From Phycisphaeraceae bacterium (GTDB taxonomy: Bacteria; Planctomycetota; Phycisphaerae; Phycisphaerales; Phycisphaeraceae): a stretch of 64,000 nucleotides of DNA. The translations under genes were made by a program, and so were the position numbers. Where the stretch lies: NCBI GenBank assembly GCA_963674705.1, contig OY771506.1, positions 2,336,001 to 2,400,000 on the forward strand. Reading direction: 5' to 3'. Under the pieces are notes generated by a model, which did not search any database, was not told the DNA's origin, and saw only the letters and a list, made by a program, of their open reading frames with translations. Of this stretch, positions 47,777 through 58,008 are shown one piece after another; within the stretch, counting starts at the first letter, position 1, and the number at the start of each line of letters is the position of its first letter.

Positions 47777-48442
47777 TCAAACGTTCTGCCGCGCCTTCGC
47801 CTGACGCACCGCCTCGACGAACGCCATTGTGTGATCGGTCAGGGCTTGCCAGTCGCCCGCTTCGATCAGGTCCGGCCTGAATAGGCTCGTGCCCACGCCC
47901 AGGCACACCGCGCCGGCGTCGATCCATTCCCCGGCCGTTTCCAGCCGCACACCACCGGTCGGCATCAGCTTCAGGTGGGGCAGGGGGGCAAGCAGGTCCT
48001 TGATGTACCCCGCGCCGCCCAACCGGTGGGCAGGGAACACCTTGATGATGTCACCGCCCAGTTCCCACGCGGCCTGCACTTCCGTCGGTGTCAGCGCGCC
48101 GGGCATGCAAGGCAAATCCTTCGCGTGGCTCGCCTCGATCACCTCCGCCTTCGTGATCGGGCTGACGATGAACCTCGCTCCGCTATCGACCGACCGCTGC
48201 ACACCTGCCGCGTCCAGCACGCTGCCCGTGCCGATCACGATCCGATCCCCCAGTTCTTTCGCGATCGTCTCCACCACGCCCAGCGCGTTCGGCGTCGTCA
48301 ACGGCACCTCGGCCACTTTCAATCCACCGTCCGCCATTGCTTTGCACGCATCGACCAAACCACGATCGTTCGGCGCTCGCAAAATGGCCACGATCCCTGT
48401 TGCTTCGATATCCGCCACCGGTTTTTTCCTTGAGTCAGCCAT
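47777..48442 (-). CDS. eda: KDPG/KHG aldolase
   Basis: IVAILR, EVPLTTP, GTGSV, FIVSP, PGALTPTE, IKVFPA, MPTGGV. Confidence 0.9.
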   Translation of the reverse strand: MADSRKKPVADIEATGIVAILRAPNDRGLVDACKAMADGGLKVAEVPLTTPNALGVVETIAKELGDRIVIGTGSVLDAAGVQRSVDSGARFIVSPITKAEVIEASHAKDLPCMPGALTPTEVQAAWELGGDIIKVFPAHRLGGAGYIKDLLAPLPHLKLMPTGGVRLETAGEWIDAGAVCLGVGTSLFRPDLIEAGDWQALTDHTMAFVEAVRQAKARQNV

Positions 48443-48639
48443 TACCTGCCCCTGTTATTTCCGAAGGTCTGAAAACCATTACTTTAAGGCTTCCAGCTTA
48501 TCCCATCGGCGGTTAATACACGGCTTGTCGCATCGCCACACCACCAATTCGCACTCACTCTATAATTGTTCGTCATGGCTTGCGAGTCATCACCCTTGTT
48601 GTGAAAAGACCACACGGTCATGTCTGAATAGGAGCCACC

Positions 48640-50763
48640 ATGCGTTTACACAAACTCGACTCTCTACTCATGGCATGCCTGTTTCTGCTTCTCTTCATCA
48701 CGCCCATCATGGGTCAATCTATTCAGGATGTTTCCACGACACTCCGTGACGCGGCAGGCGATCGGTTACTCGTCGGCACCGCCATCATGTCACACGACCT
48801 GCAGGATCCAAGGCACGCTCATCTGATCGCCAAGCAATTTACCTGCATCACCCCCGGCAACGAAATGAAGCCCGATGCCTTGCAGCGCGTCAAAGGCCGA
48901 TTCACTTTTAACCGTGCCGATACAATCATCGACTTCGCACGCGCCCACGACATGCAAGTCATCGGCCACACACTCGTCTGGCACAACCAATCCCCCCGCT
49001 GGCTCTTCGAAGACGAGCAAGGCCAACCCCTTCCACGCGAGGTCGCACTCGCCAACATGAAAGCCCACATTACCACCGTCGTTCAGCACTTCAAAGGAAA
49101 AGTGAAAGGCTGGGACGTCGTCAACGAAGCTATCCCCGACGGCCCCGGTGAACTGCGTGATACACCCGCCCACCGCGCGATTGGCGACGACTACATCCTC
49201 AAAGCATTCGAGTATGCACACGAGGCCGACCCCGATACCGAACTTTATTACAACGATTACAACATCGCACAGGATTACAAACGCGATCGAACGCTACGCC
49301 TGCTCCGCCGCATCCGGGATGCCGGCCTGCGCATCGACGGTGTCGGGGTCCAGGGCCATTACATGCTCAACCACCCCTCCATTGAAGAGATCGAACGTGG
49401 CATCAAAGCCTATATCGACGAAGGTTTCAACGTCATGATCACTGAACTCGACGTCGACCCATTACCACGTGCTGGCCGAGGTGGCGCAGACCTGAACGCC
49501 TCCGAACGTAACGGGATCGATCCCTACAAAGACGGCTTCCCGCCCGAGATGCAACAGAAGCTGGCGGATCGTTATCGCGAACTGTTCGAAGTCTTCCTTC
49601 GCTACCCTCAGATCAAACGCGTCACTTTCTGGGGTACGACCGACCAACACAGCTGGCTCAATCACTACCCCATCCGAGGTAGAACCAATCACCCCTTGCT
49701 CTGGGATCGACAATTCAATCGCAAGCCTGCCTTCGATGCTGTGTTGAACGTACTTCAGCCCTCACAGGCAACCGCTGCAACACGGCAACAACCCAGCCAT
49801 GCCCTGCCCGCCACACTCGCCTGGACAAGCAGTGATGTGCTCGTGCCGCCACCGAGTGATGCGGAGCATGAGATTCTTGCCATCAAAGACCCCTCGATCG
49901 TCCGCTACAACGACCGCTGGCACATCTACGCCACCACCGCAAGCAAGCAGGGCCAATGGCAGATGGTCTACCTCAGTTTTCCTGATTGGGAAGATGCAAA
50001 AGACGCAAAACCATATTACCTGGATCAGAATCCCAACCTCCGGGGCTACCACTGCGCTCCGCAGGTTTTCTACTTCACACCACACAAAAAGTGGTACCTC
50101 ATCTACCAATCACAGCACCCGCAATACTCCACCGCTGATGACCTCGCCAAACCTGAAACATGGACCGCCCCGCAAAACTTCTTCGATGAAAAACCCGCAA
50201 CCGTCGGCAACCTCTGGATCGATTACTGGGTCATCTGTGATGACACGCACGCCTACCTCTTCTTCACCGGCGATGATGGCAAGTTCTACCGAAGCAGAAC
50301 CACGATCGATCAATTCCCCAACGGCATGAGCGAACCCGTTGTCGTGCTCGAAGAAAAAAACCGGTTCGACCTGTTCGAGGGTAGTGCCACGTATAAACTG
50401 AAAGGAACCGATCAATATCTCACCATCATCGAAGCGCTCGGGCCCGACGGCGTACGGTTCTACAAAGGCTTCACCGCCGACCGACTCGATGGTGAATGGA
50501 AACCCTACGCGGTCACATGGGACATCCCTTTCGCCGGCATGAACAACGTCACCTTTGCCCCGGGTGTCGAACACTGGACCAACGACATCAGTCACGGCGA
50601 ACTGATCCGCGAAGGCTACGATCAGACCATGACCGTCGATCCGTACAACTTTCGTTTGCTGTATCAGGGCAGAAAACCCAGCAACGAACAACTGCCGTAC
50701 CACCAACTCCCATACCGTCTGGGCCTGCTCGAAGCACGATCCTTCAATCAAAAACCAAAATAA
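48640..50763 (+). CDS. Secreted GH10 xylanase - GH62 arabinofuranosidase fusion
   Basis: NEMKPD, GHTLVWH, WDVVNE, ITELD (GH10); KDPS, APQVFYF, LFEG, DISHGELIR, LLYQG (GH62). Confidence 0.92.
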   Translation: MRLHKLDSLLMACLFLLLFITPIMGQSIQDVSTTLRDAAGDRLLVGTAIMSHDLQDPRHAHLIAKQFTCITPGNEMKPDALQRVKGRFTFNRADTIIDFARAHDMQVIGHTLVWHNQSPRWLFEDEQGQPLPREVALANMKAHITTVVQHFKGKVKGWDVVNEAIPDGPGELRDTPAHRAIGDDYILKAFEYAHEADPDTELYYNDYNIAQDYKRDRTLRLLRRIRDAGLRIDGVGVQGHYMLNHPSIEEIERGIKAYIDEGFNVMITELDVDPLPRAGRGGADLNASERNGIDPYKDGFPPEMQQKLADRYRELFEVFLRYPQIKRVTFWGTTDQHSWLNHYPIRGRTNHPLLWDRQFNRKPAFDAVLNVLQPSQATAATRQQPSHALPATLAWTSSDVLVPPPSDAEHEILAIKDPSIVRYNDRWHIYATTASKQGQWQMVYLSFPDWEDAKDAKPYYLDQNPNLRGYHCAPQVFYFTPHKKWYLIYQSQHPQYSTADDLAKPETWTAPQNFFDEKPATVGNLWIDYWVICDDTHAYLFFTGDDGKFYRSRTTIDQFPNGMSEPVVVLEEKNRFDLFEGSATYKLKGTDQYLTIIEALGPDGVRFYKGFTADRLDGEWKPYAVTWDIPFAGMNNVTFAPGVEHWTNDISHGELIREGYDQTMTVDPYNFRLLYQGRKPSNEQLPYHQLPYRLGLLEARSFNQKPK

Positions 50764-50818
50764 ATCAGATTGATCCCACCCACCCCAAAGCCGCTTGCGG
50801 CTTAGCGCTCTTGTTCAA

Positions 50819-52459
50819 CTACTCAACCGAAAGTATCTCTCCCCCAACACGATAATAATCAAAATCCACATATCCCCCTGCGTCTATCGTCGCAAAATTA
50901 AACAGCGCAAACCGGTACCCCATAAAGTGCGGCAACGTGTATTCCATTCCTAACGCCGAACCAATCCGAGCCCAACGATTACCATCCAGACTGTAGTAAA
51001 AGTGCGCCTTCTCCGGCCATCTCCGAAAGTCGCAATCTACACGTAGATACACAACATCCTGTTTAAGTGGCACTGATTCAACCTCAACAGGCTCTTCAGT
51101 TTCAGCATTGATCATGACGATTGATTTGTCATTACCCACCACCTTTACGCCGACAAAACCATACTTTTTCTGAAACGCTGACAATCCCGCTACGTCCCCA
51201 TCTTTCATGCCGCTGACATCGATCATCGTCGTGGCAGAACACGTCGGCCCGAACGTGCGTTGCGTCAGTGTGTTCCGCGCTTCTGGCAGACTCGCATCCA
51301 CTCGCCCCGTCGTCAGCCGCAGAAAGCCCGGCCGATCCGTCAGCGACCAGTATCGATTGTCCGGGTTGTGATTCCACTGCCACGCCAGCGAGAACGCCCC
51401 GCGTACATAATCGTTCTCGCCACGTTGTTTCTGCTTTAACAACGCCAGAACCTGCGCGGATCTTTCAAACTCATCATCCGCGATCAGGTTCCCCAATCCG
51501 CTTTCTTTAATAGGGATATCAAGCACCAACGGCGCCTTGCCATCCTCGCCCAACACGGGCCAACCATCTTCCCACTTCATCGGCACAAGGTACGGACAAC
51601 GCCCGACCGGCCCGCTGTCCTTGAACAAATACGCATACCACTTCCCGTCGGGTGTATCGATAAACCCTCCCTGCGCAATCCCCTGATCGTGCAGGATGAC
51701 TCGCCCTTCGTATGGCCCGGTGATCTTCTCCGAACGATGCACGATCTGTGTCCGCATATCGTTCGGCGGCCAGGTGATGTTGCATACGTAGTACTTACCA
51801 TCCACTTCGAACATCTGCGAACCCTCGGCCGGCAAACCCACACGCGGGGCTGCGATACGGCTCGCATCACGTATCACTACTTCATCAAATCCGCCGGGCT
51901 GTATCCCAGACACATCTTTTTTTAACTCAGTTAATCGCAGGTCCCCGCCACCGTGCAGCATGTACACCTTGCCATCATCATCAAAAAACAAAGTGTGATC
52001 GTGCAACGATGGCTCAAACGCCACCGCTTGCCAAGGCCCGTCCTCTATATCATCCGTCGTAAAGACATGTGTCTTACCCGTCGAACTCGAAAACGTTGAA
52101 ACATAAAACTTCCCGTCGTGATATCGCAAACTGCTCGCCCACGACCCCGCCCCGTACGCGTTTTTGCCGTTCTTTAACGATAGCGCATCATTATCTTCCA
52201 GGATGTCATACGCATAATTCACCAGCTCCCAGTTCACCAGGTCGTTCGACTTCATGATCGGCAAGCCCGGACACATGTGCATCGTCGTGCTGCTCATGTA
52301 GTAACGATCGCCCACGCGGATCACCGAAATATCCGGCACATCCGCGCGGATGATCGGATTGCTTGCGTGTTGCTCAGACTCGGCCGCGTAGACGCTGTTG
52401 ATCATGCAGATTCCCATGTAGGCCAGTACCGTCAGACAGCATGAAGTAATACGATTCAT
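50819..52459 (-). CDS. GH43 beta-xylosidase/arabinofuranosidase with C-terminal beta-sandwich
   Basis: NPII..DVPD, SNDLVNW, WASSLRY, AEGS, AQGG, WQWNHNP, HFMGYRF. Confidence 0.92.
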   Translation of the reverse strand: MNRITSCCLTVLAYMGICMINSVYAAESEQHASNPIIRADVPDISVIRVGDRYYMSSTTMHMCPGLPIMKSNDLVNWELVNYAYDILEDNDALSLKNGKNAYGAGSWASSLRYHDGKFYVSTFSSSTGKTHVFTTDDIEDGPWQAVAFEPSLHDHTLFFDDDGKVYMLHGGGDLRLTELKKDVSGIQPGGFDEVVIRDASRIAAPRVGLPAEGSQMFEVDGKYYVCNITWPPNDMRTQIVHRSEKITGPYEGRVILHDQGIAQGGFIDTPDGKWYAYLFKDSGPVGRCPYLVPMKWEDGWPVLGEDGKAPLVLDIPIKESGLGNLIADDEFERSAQVLALLKQKQRGENDYVRGAFSLAWQWNHNPDNRYWSLTDRPGFLRLTTGRVDASLPEARNTLTQRTFGPTCSATTMIDVSGMKDGDVAGLSAFQKKYGFVGVKVVGNDKSIVMINAETEEPVEVESVPLKQDVVYLRVDCDFRRWPEKAHFYYSLDGNRWARIGSALGMEYTLPHFMGYRFALFNFATIDAGGYVDFDYYRVGGEILSVE

Positions 52460-52686
52460 AGGACCTACATTTTTAACAGAATGAACGATCCGCATCCCAC
52501 GATGCTTCACGGATTGGCGCCGATTTTTCAGGGCCGTACCCGCGTGTTAAGACCACTGATTACCGGCTTTTTACTTTATTTATGAATTAATTGTCATTTA
52601 CCCCTTGAAATCCGCCTTCGCCGGGTGGATATTACATGGTGGCAGAATGAAGCAGTATGCTTCAAGTGCATGAAAGGACAAGTTTT

Positions 52687-53847
52687 ATGTCTTGCTTCAA
52701 AATGTTTTGCGTCCTGCTCATCGGCGTTCTGGCAGCCACGGCCGTTGCCAACGCACAGGAGCACCGCTCGGCCTGGATGTGGAGCAGCAAAACCAGCCCG
52801 TACGGGGCGGGCAAAATCATCAGCGATCCCTTAGCCACGGTCAACATGATCCGCGATTTTCAATACTGGGGATTCGACCGCATTTATGCAACCCTCAGCA
52901 CAAACGATGACAACATCGCTGCCTGGAATGCCGGCCTCGATGACGCGGGTATCCAATCACAGTCGCTCATGGGCGACGCCCATTGGATCTTCCCCGGCGA
53001 TTCACGCGACGGCCTGCTGCAACGCATCCAGTCCACCATCATCGACTTCAACGAAAGCCGATCCGACCCGCGCGAATGGGTCGATGGGATTCACCTCGAT
53101 ATCGAACCGCACGCGCTTGAGGAATGGCAAACCGGCACCTTCCCCGAACAGCAGCAAATGCTTTGGATGCTTTCCGATACCTATGCCGACGTACGACAAT
53201 ACCTCGATGACAACGGCCAATCACAAGTCAAGCTCTACGCCGACGTGCCCGTCTGGTTTGATATGGCGTGGTACCCCGAAGAACGCGACCTGTGGTACGC
53301 CTCCGTCGGCGAGTCGCTCGACGGCATCAGCATCATGGCGTACAGCCGACCAAGCATGACGCAGATTATCAATGATGTGCAGTATGAAGTCGACAACTTC
53401 AACGGCGAAGTTCGCATCGGTCTGGAATCCGCCTCCGGACCGGGTGAAACATGGGCCACCCACCAGGACCTGCTGGACATGGCTGATGCGTTAGAAGATT
53501 ACTACGGCGAAGCCATCGGTGGGATCGACTTCCATCCACTTATCGCTTGGGCGGAAAACGCCGAACACGCCGAGCAGATCCCCTTCATCTATGGCGACAT
53601 CAGTTGTGACGGCTACGTCGGCATCGATGACCTGGACATGATCCTCAGCGCCTGGAATCAAAACGTCAACCCGGGAACCCAACTCGACCCCTCCGGCGAC
53701 GGCTACGTCGGCCTCTCTGACATCAACGTCATCCTCGACCACTGGAACGAAGGCGCCGTCATGACCGCGCCAACAATCATGGTGCCTGAACCGGCAGCGG
53801 CCGGCATCGCTCTATTGGCAGCCGTTGGTTTATCACGACGGCCATAA
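52687..53847 (+). CDS. PEP-CTERM protein with a glycosidase-like TIM-barrel domain and dockerin-like repeats
   Basis: DGIHLDIEP, IMAY; GDISCDGYVGIDD and DPSGDGYVGLSD; VPEPA-TM-RRP. Confidence 0.75.
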   Translation: MSCFKMFCVLLIGVLAATAVANAQEHRSAWMWSSKTSPYGAGKIISDPLATVNMIRDFQYWGFDRIYATLSTNDDNIAAWNAGLDDAGIQSQSLMGDAHWIFPGDSRDGLLQRIQSTIIDFNESRSDPREWVDGIHLDIEPHALEEWQTGTFPEQQQMLWMLSDTYADVRQYLDDNGQSQVKLYADVPVWFDMAWYPEERDLWYASVGESLDGISIMAYSRPSMTQIINDVQYEVDNFNGEVRIGLESASGPGETWATHQDLLDMADALEDYYGEAIGGIDFHPLIAWAENAEHAEQIPFIYGDISCDGYVGIDDLDMILSAWNQNVNPGTQLDPSGDGYVGLSDINVILDHWNEGAVMTAPTIMVPEPAAAGIALLAAVGLSRRP

Positions 53848-53885
53848 AGCAAGCATCAATACGACCAGTTACTTTCAAAATAAAA

Positions 53886-53914
53886 CAACGCCGCTTGAAT
53901 GTTCAGGCGGCGTT
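53886..53914. terminator. Hairpin terminator between convergent PEP-CTERM genes
   Basis: CAACGCCGCTTGAA-TG-TTCAGGCGGCGTTG. Confidence 0.7.
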
Positions 53915-53956
53915 GCTTCATATTGATTAGTTTCACATCGTTATTGTCGGATCACC

Positions 53957-55135
53957 TCAACGCCGCATCATCACCAGCCCGCCTATCACAACTAGCGCCA
54001 GGCTTGCGGGCTCCGGCACCATCTGGATGAAACGGACTTCAGACAGTGCTGCCGTGCTGGCGTATTCATAATGCGTCGAGTCAATAATCAACTGGGCCGA
54101 CACCACATCCGCAGTGTTGATCGCGAACAGTTCGGAGTAGTCCTGGTAAAAGTCGGCATTACCGGCCGGTTGCGCCAGCACATCGTCGATCACCGTGACA
54201 TACTCATCCCCACCTTCCTGCTTCACAAGCAGGCGGAAGTCCTTGCTCGCCTCGCCGCCGCCGAACCACATGTTCAGGTTCCATATCTGGATCGACGCCA
54301 GGTCGGTCGGATCATCGAAGTCGAACGTCAGCGTCACTTTGCCTTCACTGTCTTTCGCACCTGCCCAGCCGGTCTCGCCGAGCGCCCCGCCGTTATGCCA
54401 TTCATGCGAGCCGTAACCGTTTTCGTGCAGCCCGTACCCGTTAATAAGCAATTCCGTATCGCCCCGCGTTGTTGAAGAAGCGGTGACGGAGAAGTTGTTG
54501 TAATCGACATCGGTCGCCTGCCCGGTCGCCGTGCCGTAGTAACGCAGCTCGGAAAGCCCGACGACGCCGTTGACGGTATGCCGATACCCCCAGTTGTCAT
54601 GAATCTGCAGTTTGACAAATCGAGCCGACGTGTTGAGGTCAAAAGTCTGTGGCGGACACGGCGCATCTTTCACCGTCACCCCGCCCTCAATGTAATGCCC
54701 GGTCGCTTTCGCAGCTTCGAGCATCCCGCTGATCGACGTGTAGTTCACGCCGTCATTGGAAACCATTATCTCAAAATCTTTAACGCCGATGTTGGTGTTG
54801 TCGATGTCCGACCACTTGTCGTTGAAGTTATAGAGATCGAGATAACTCAGTTCATAAACCTGCCCAAGGTCCACCTCAAACCAGCCCGCCCAGTTGCCCG
54901 GGGCGAACACGGTGTTCCACATCGTGCCCGCCGCGTGGGTGCTGTGGTCCTGAAGGTCCACGCTCAGCCCGGCCCCGTTGATCGCATAGACAGGGAACAA
55001 AGAGTCCGAGTGATACGATGAAGCCCGCACATTCGTCGGGTTCACCCACGTATCCGCATTCGCAGAACCCACCAGCGCCGCACAAGCTAAAGCCGCTGCA
55101 CTCACAGACGTACCCATTAACCGATGACTTGTCAT
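53957..55135 (-). CDS. PEP-CTERM protein with two discoidin/F5-8C-like domains
   Basis: RASS..AINGAGL, WFEVDLG, VGLSELRY; second copy TASS..LINGYGL, ALSEVRF; VPEPASL; GGAGAG RBS. Confidence 0.82.
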   Translation of the reverse strand: MTSHRLMGTSVSAAALACAALVGSANADTWVNPTNVRASSYHSDSLFPVYAINGAGLSVDLQDHSTHAAGTMWNTVFAPGNWAGWFEVDLGQVYELSYLDLYNFNDKWSDIDNTNIGVKDFEIMVSNDGVNYTSISGMLEAAKATGHYIEGGVTVKDAPCPPQTFDLNTSARFVKLQIHDNWGYRHTVNGVVGLSELRYYGTATGQATDVDYNNFSVTASSTTRGDTELLINGYGLHENGYGSHEWHNGGALGETGWAGAKDSEGKVTLTFDFDDPTDLASIQIWNLNMWFGGGEASKDFRLLVKQEGGDEYVTVIDDVLAQPAGNADFYQDYSELFAINTADVVSAQLIIDSTHYEYASTAALSEVRFIQMVPEPASLALVVIGGLVMMRR

Positions 55136-55506
55136 CTTGTTCTCTCTCCTCCGAAGACCAACCCGAACGCGTCGGCCTGAAGTGCCCGATTGTAAAAAGA
55201 CAAACTGAACCAGATATATAAGATACCGAATATCGCTGGTCTTTCGCAAGACGAATATGATGTCAAACCGTGAAAAATGGCGGCTTTCTTCGCACGAATC
55301 TGCCTGCAGACGCCCCGACAGAAGATCCTTGAGCAGTTTTACGCAAGATATATTCAAGGATTTAATAAAATTAACGATCAACGAAGATGCAAAACGTATT
55401 ATCCGCTCGCGCTTGTTATCCGCGGGATTCATCATTCCCGAGGGCTCGGCACACCAACTTGAGTCAAACGCAGTCAACGTACAGCGACATTTTAAAAACG
55501 ATCGCA

Positions 55507-58008
55507 TCAGTCTTCGCCGGTACCGCACATCCGATCGAGGTCGAACACGAACAACCCGCCGTGATTATGCGCTACCACCAGCAAGTTGTTGTCGACATAG
55601 CGCGGTGCCATGAAGCCCCAATCGGCTTGTTCGTTGGGATGCAACATGTTGATCTGCAGCAGATACGGACTAAACCGTTTGACCGGCGCTTCAGGATCAT
55701 CCGGCACGAATACCAGTTCAGCTCCGCAGTAGAGGTAACCGTTGCTCAACCGCGTCAGCCGCTCCGGAGAATATTTATAAAACCGAGGCATGCGCGTTTC
55801 GACATCCCGCTGACACGTTTTGCCGTCATAGGTCCAGACCTGCAAACGGTCCTTGGGAAAACCGCTGAACACAGCAGCCAGTGTGTCGGGGCCCCCGGCG
55901 ATCATCCGCGCGCTATTGGGCGAGCTTCTAGGTTCGTCCTTGATACGAAAGCCGCTATCTATAAGCATCCGCTTCGGGCGCAGTGTAGGTTCGTCCACCT
56001 CGTAGATCCCGCGTGATTGTGGGCCGAAAGCAAACCACCCGCCGGGCGTCTTGGTAACACGGAAGTGTGTGATCCCACCGAGTAAGGGGGGATAAATCGT
56101 CACCTCGTCTGTTTCCGGGTTATAGGCTTTCGAACCACCGTTCGTGTCAGGGCGGATATACACATCACCATGCCGGATAAACCAGTTGTTCGCTATCGTT
56201 GCCCGCGTCCATTCACTCGGTGCGCCTTTGGGATTCTTCTGGCGTAGCAACGGATCGTCTTCTTCCAGATCGGGGGCGATCGTGAACTGGCGTACAGGCA
56301 GCGTATGTCGATCAGCCGTCTTGGCCATCAGTTTGGCATCTTCCCACCAGAAGTCTTCGATCCCCGCGGGGTGTTGTGTGGTTTCGATAATGCTTTGCGA
56401 GCCCGTGTCATAGCTGATGACCGTTCCGTCCTGCCCGCCCACCAGCACAATGCGTCCAGTTGAAACGATGGGCGCCTTGATCGCCGCCGTCGGCAGGCGG
56501 TCGATCAGCCCGAGTGATTCACGCAGTCTTTGCGATTCTCGTTGCCCGGTCAGCTTCATGGCGATGCTTTGCGCACTGTCCGCCTCCACGGGAATATTGT
56601 TCGCGAGGTAGACTTCGGACCGCAGTTGCCACAACGCCGGTTCGGAAGGCGCTTCGCTTGTCAGTTGCGAGCAGTACGACATGGCATCGACCGACCGCTC
56701 AAGTGCCATCATCGCGCGGACCCGTAGCCGCGCCTGCTTTATGAACGGGGCATCGTCGGCTAGGTGTTCCGAGAGTCGTTCGGGATGCAATGCGCGGATA
56801 CCTTGATACCCGGCGATGATGACCAGCCCGTCTTCCGTTTCGTGTACGGGCGCAATCAGCGGCTGGCCGATCTCGTGCCGATACTGAATGATGCCGGTCT
56901 CCCAATCCAGCAGAAACAGCCCACCGTATACCCCTGCAATTGGCAGGCAATCCGCCACCAGGTCGGCGGTGTTACTGCCATGGTCGCCGTAAGTGCCGTT
57001 GGACTTCTGTGCGTGTTTCGCGGAATAGATCGGTTCAGGCAAAGCAGTAACCCAACGCACCGTGCCGGTCGTACCGGATAACCGATAGACAAAACCGTGC
57101 CCTCTTGGTCCACCTGATAATGCAACCACATCCTGCCCGACCCAGAAGGGGGGATCCGATGCGTAGCCTCGCGTGTCCAGTTTCCAGATCGGTTCCTGGA
57201 TATCGCGCACCGAGGCAGGCACGAGCTGCACATACGTCGTCACATCGCTGGGTGATTGATGCAGTGCAATAGCAAGTTTATTCAGTCCGTTCGGGGAAAG
57301 CAGCTCCGAAGCGACGACCTCTTCCAGCGTGTCTTCATCCAGGTTGTATTCAATCCGTTTAGGCAGCAGCTTGTGGGTATCTTGTAGATCGCAGAGGTGG
57401 ACCTTGCCGATCCGCAGGCCGTTCGCATTGCTGTCTGTGTGTCGGTGTTGCTGAATCGTCCCCTTACGCTCGATCTCACCGTCGGGTGAGATGCGAAAGA
57501 TCGGGCTGACCTCGTGCCTGGTCCACACCCACAGCGCATCATCATCCGGGTGGATTGCGGCCCGTGCTTGATAAGGCAGCGCATATGTCCATAACACCTT
57601 CCCGGTTTTTAGGTCGATGCACGAACCCTGCCATACCGGTTGGCCTTTCAGGTTCGATTCATCCGCGACCCGCGTATTGGTAACCCCGAGGTGCGGCGGG
57701 GATTGCCTGGATTGCAGCCCGCTTATCAGATAACCGTAACGTTTACCGAGCTTGACCTTCTCCATCGCCGGGCCGCTGAACGTCGTATGCCACACCGTCG
57801 GCCTTTCATTGGCGGGCAATTGTGAGGCAAACCCTTCCAGCAGCACCAGCGCTTGCTCGGTATCGCCTGAATCCAGCAAACGTTGAGCATCTTCCAATGC
57901 ATCTGCCAGCAGCAGCGCCGGCGACAGGCTCAGCCAGGCAAAGGCAAGGCAGGTGAATAGGTTGGTTATCCGTGATACTCGCGGGTTAGTCTGTCTCGCT
58001 TCGGTCAT
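55507..58008 (-). CDS. Large exported protein with PQQ-like beta-propeller and TPR-like segments
   Basis: Signal peptide; DLKTGKVLW, TTGTVRW, DWETG repeats. Confidence 0.65.
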   Translation of the reverse strand: MTEARQTNPRVSRITNLFTCLAFAWLSLSPALLLADALEDAQRLLDSGDTEQALVLLEGFASQLPANERPTVWHTTFSGPAMEKVKLGKRYGYLISGLQSRQSPPHLGVTNTRVADESNLKGQPVWQGSCIDLKTGKVLWTYALPYQARAAIHPDDDALWVWTRHEVSPIFRISPDGEIERKGTIQQHRHTDSNANGLRIGKVHLCDLQDTHKLLPKRIEYNLDEDTLEEVVASELLSPNGLNKLAIALHQSPSDVTTYVQLVPASVRDIQEPIWKLDTRGYASDPPFWVGQDVVALSGGPRGHGFVYRLSGTTGTVRWVTALPEPIYSAKHAQKSNGTYGDHGSNTADLVADCLPIAGVYGGLFLLDWETGIIQYRHEIGQPLIAPVHETEDGLVIIAGYQGIRALHPERLSEHLADDAPFIKQARLRVRAMMALERSVDAMSYCSQLTSEAPSEPALWQLRSEVYLANNIPVEADSAQSIAMKLTGQRESQRLRESLGLIDRLPTAAIKAPIVSTGRIVLVGGQDGTVISYDTGSQSIIETTQHPAGIEDFWWEDAKLMAKTADRHTLPVRQFTIAPDLEEDDPLLRQKNPKGAPSEWTRATIANNWFIRHGDVYIRPDTNGGSKAYNPETDEVTIYPPLLGGITHFRVTKTPGGWFAFGPQSRGIYEVDEPTLRPKRMLIDSGFRIKDEPRSSPNSARMIAGGPDTLAAVFSGFPKDRLQVWTYDGKTCQRDVETRMPRFYKYSPERLTRLSNGYLYCGAELVFVPDDPEAPVKRFSPYLLQINMLHPNEQADWGFMAPRYVDNNLLVVAHNHGGLFVFDLDRMCGTGED

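Noticed and set aside
55136..55528. 130-aa N-terminal extension of the discoidin PEP-CTERM ORF
   Set aside because: RBS and signal peptide begin at 55135; the upstream sequence looks like a promoter region.
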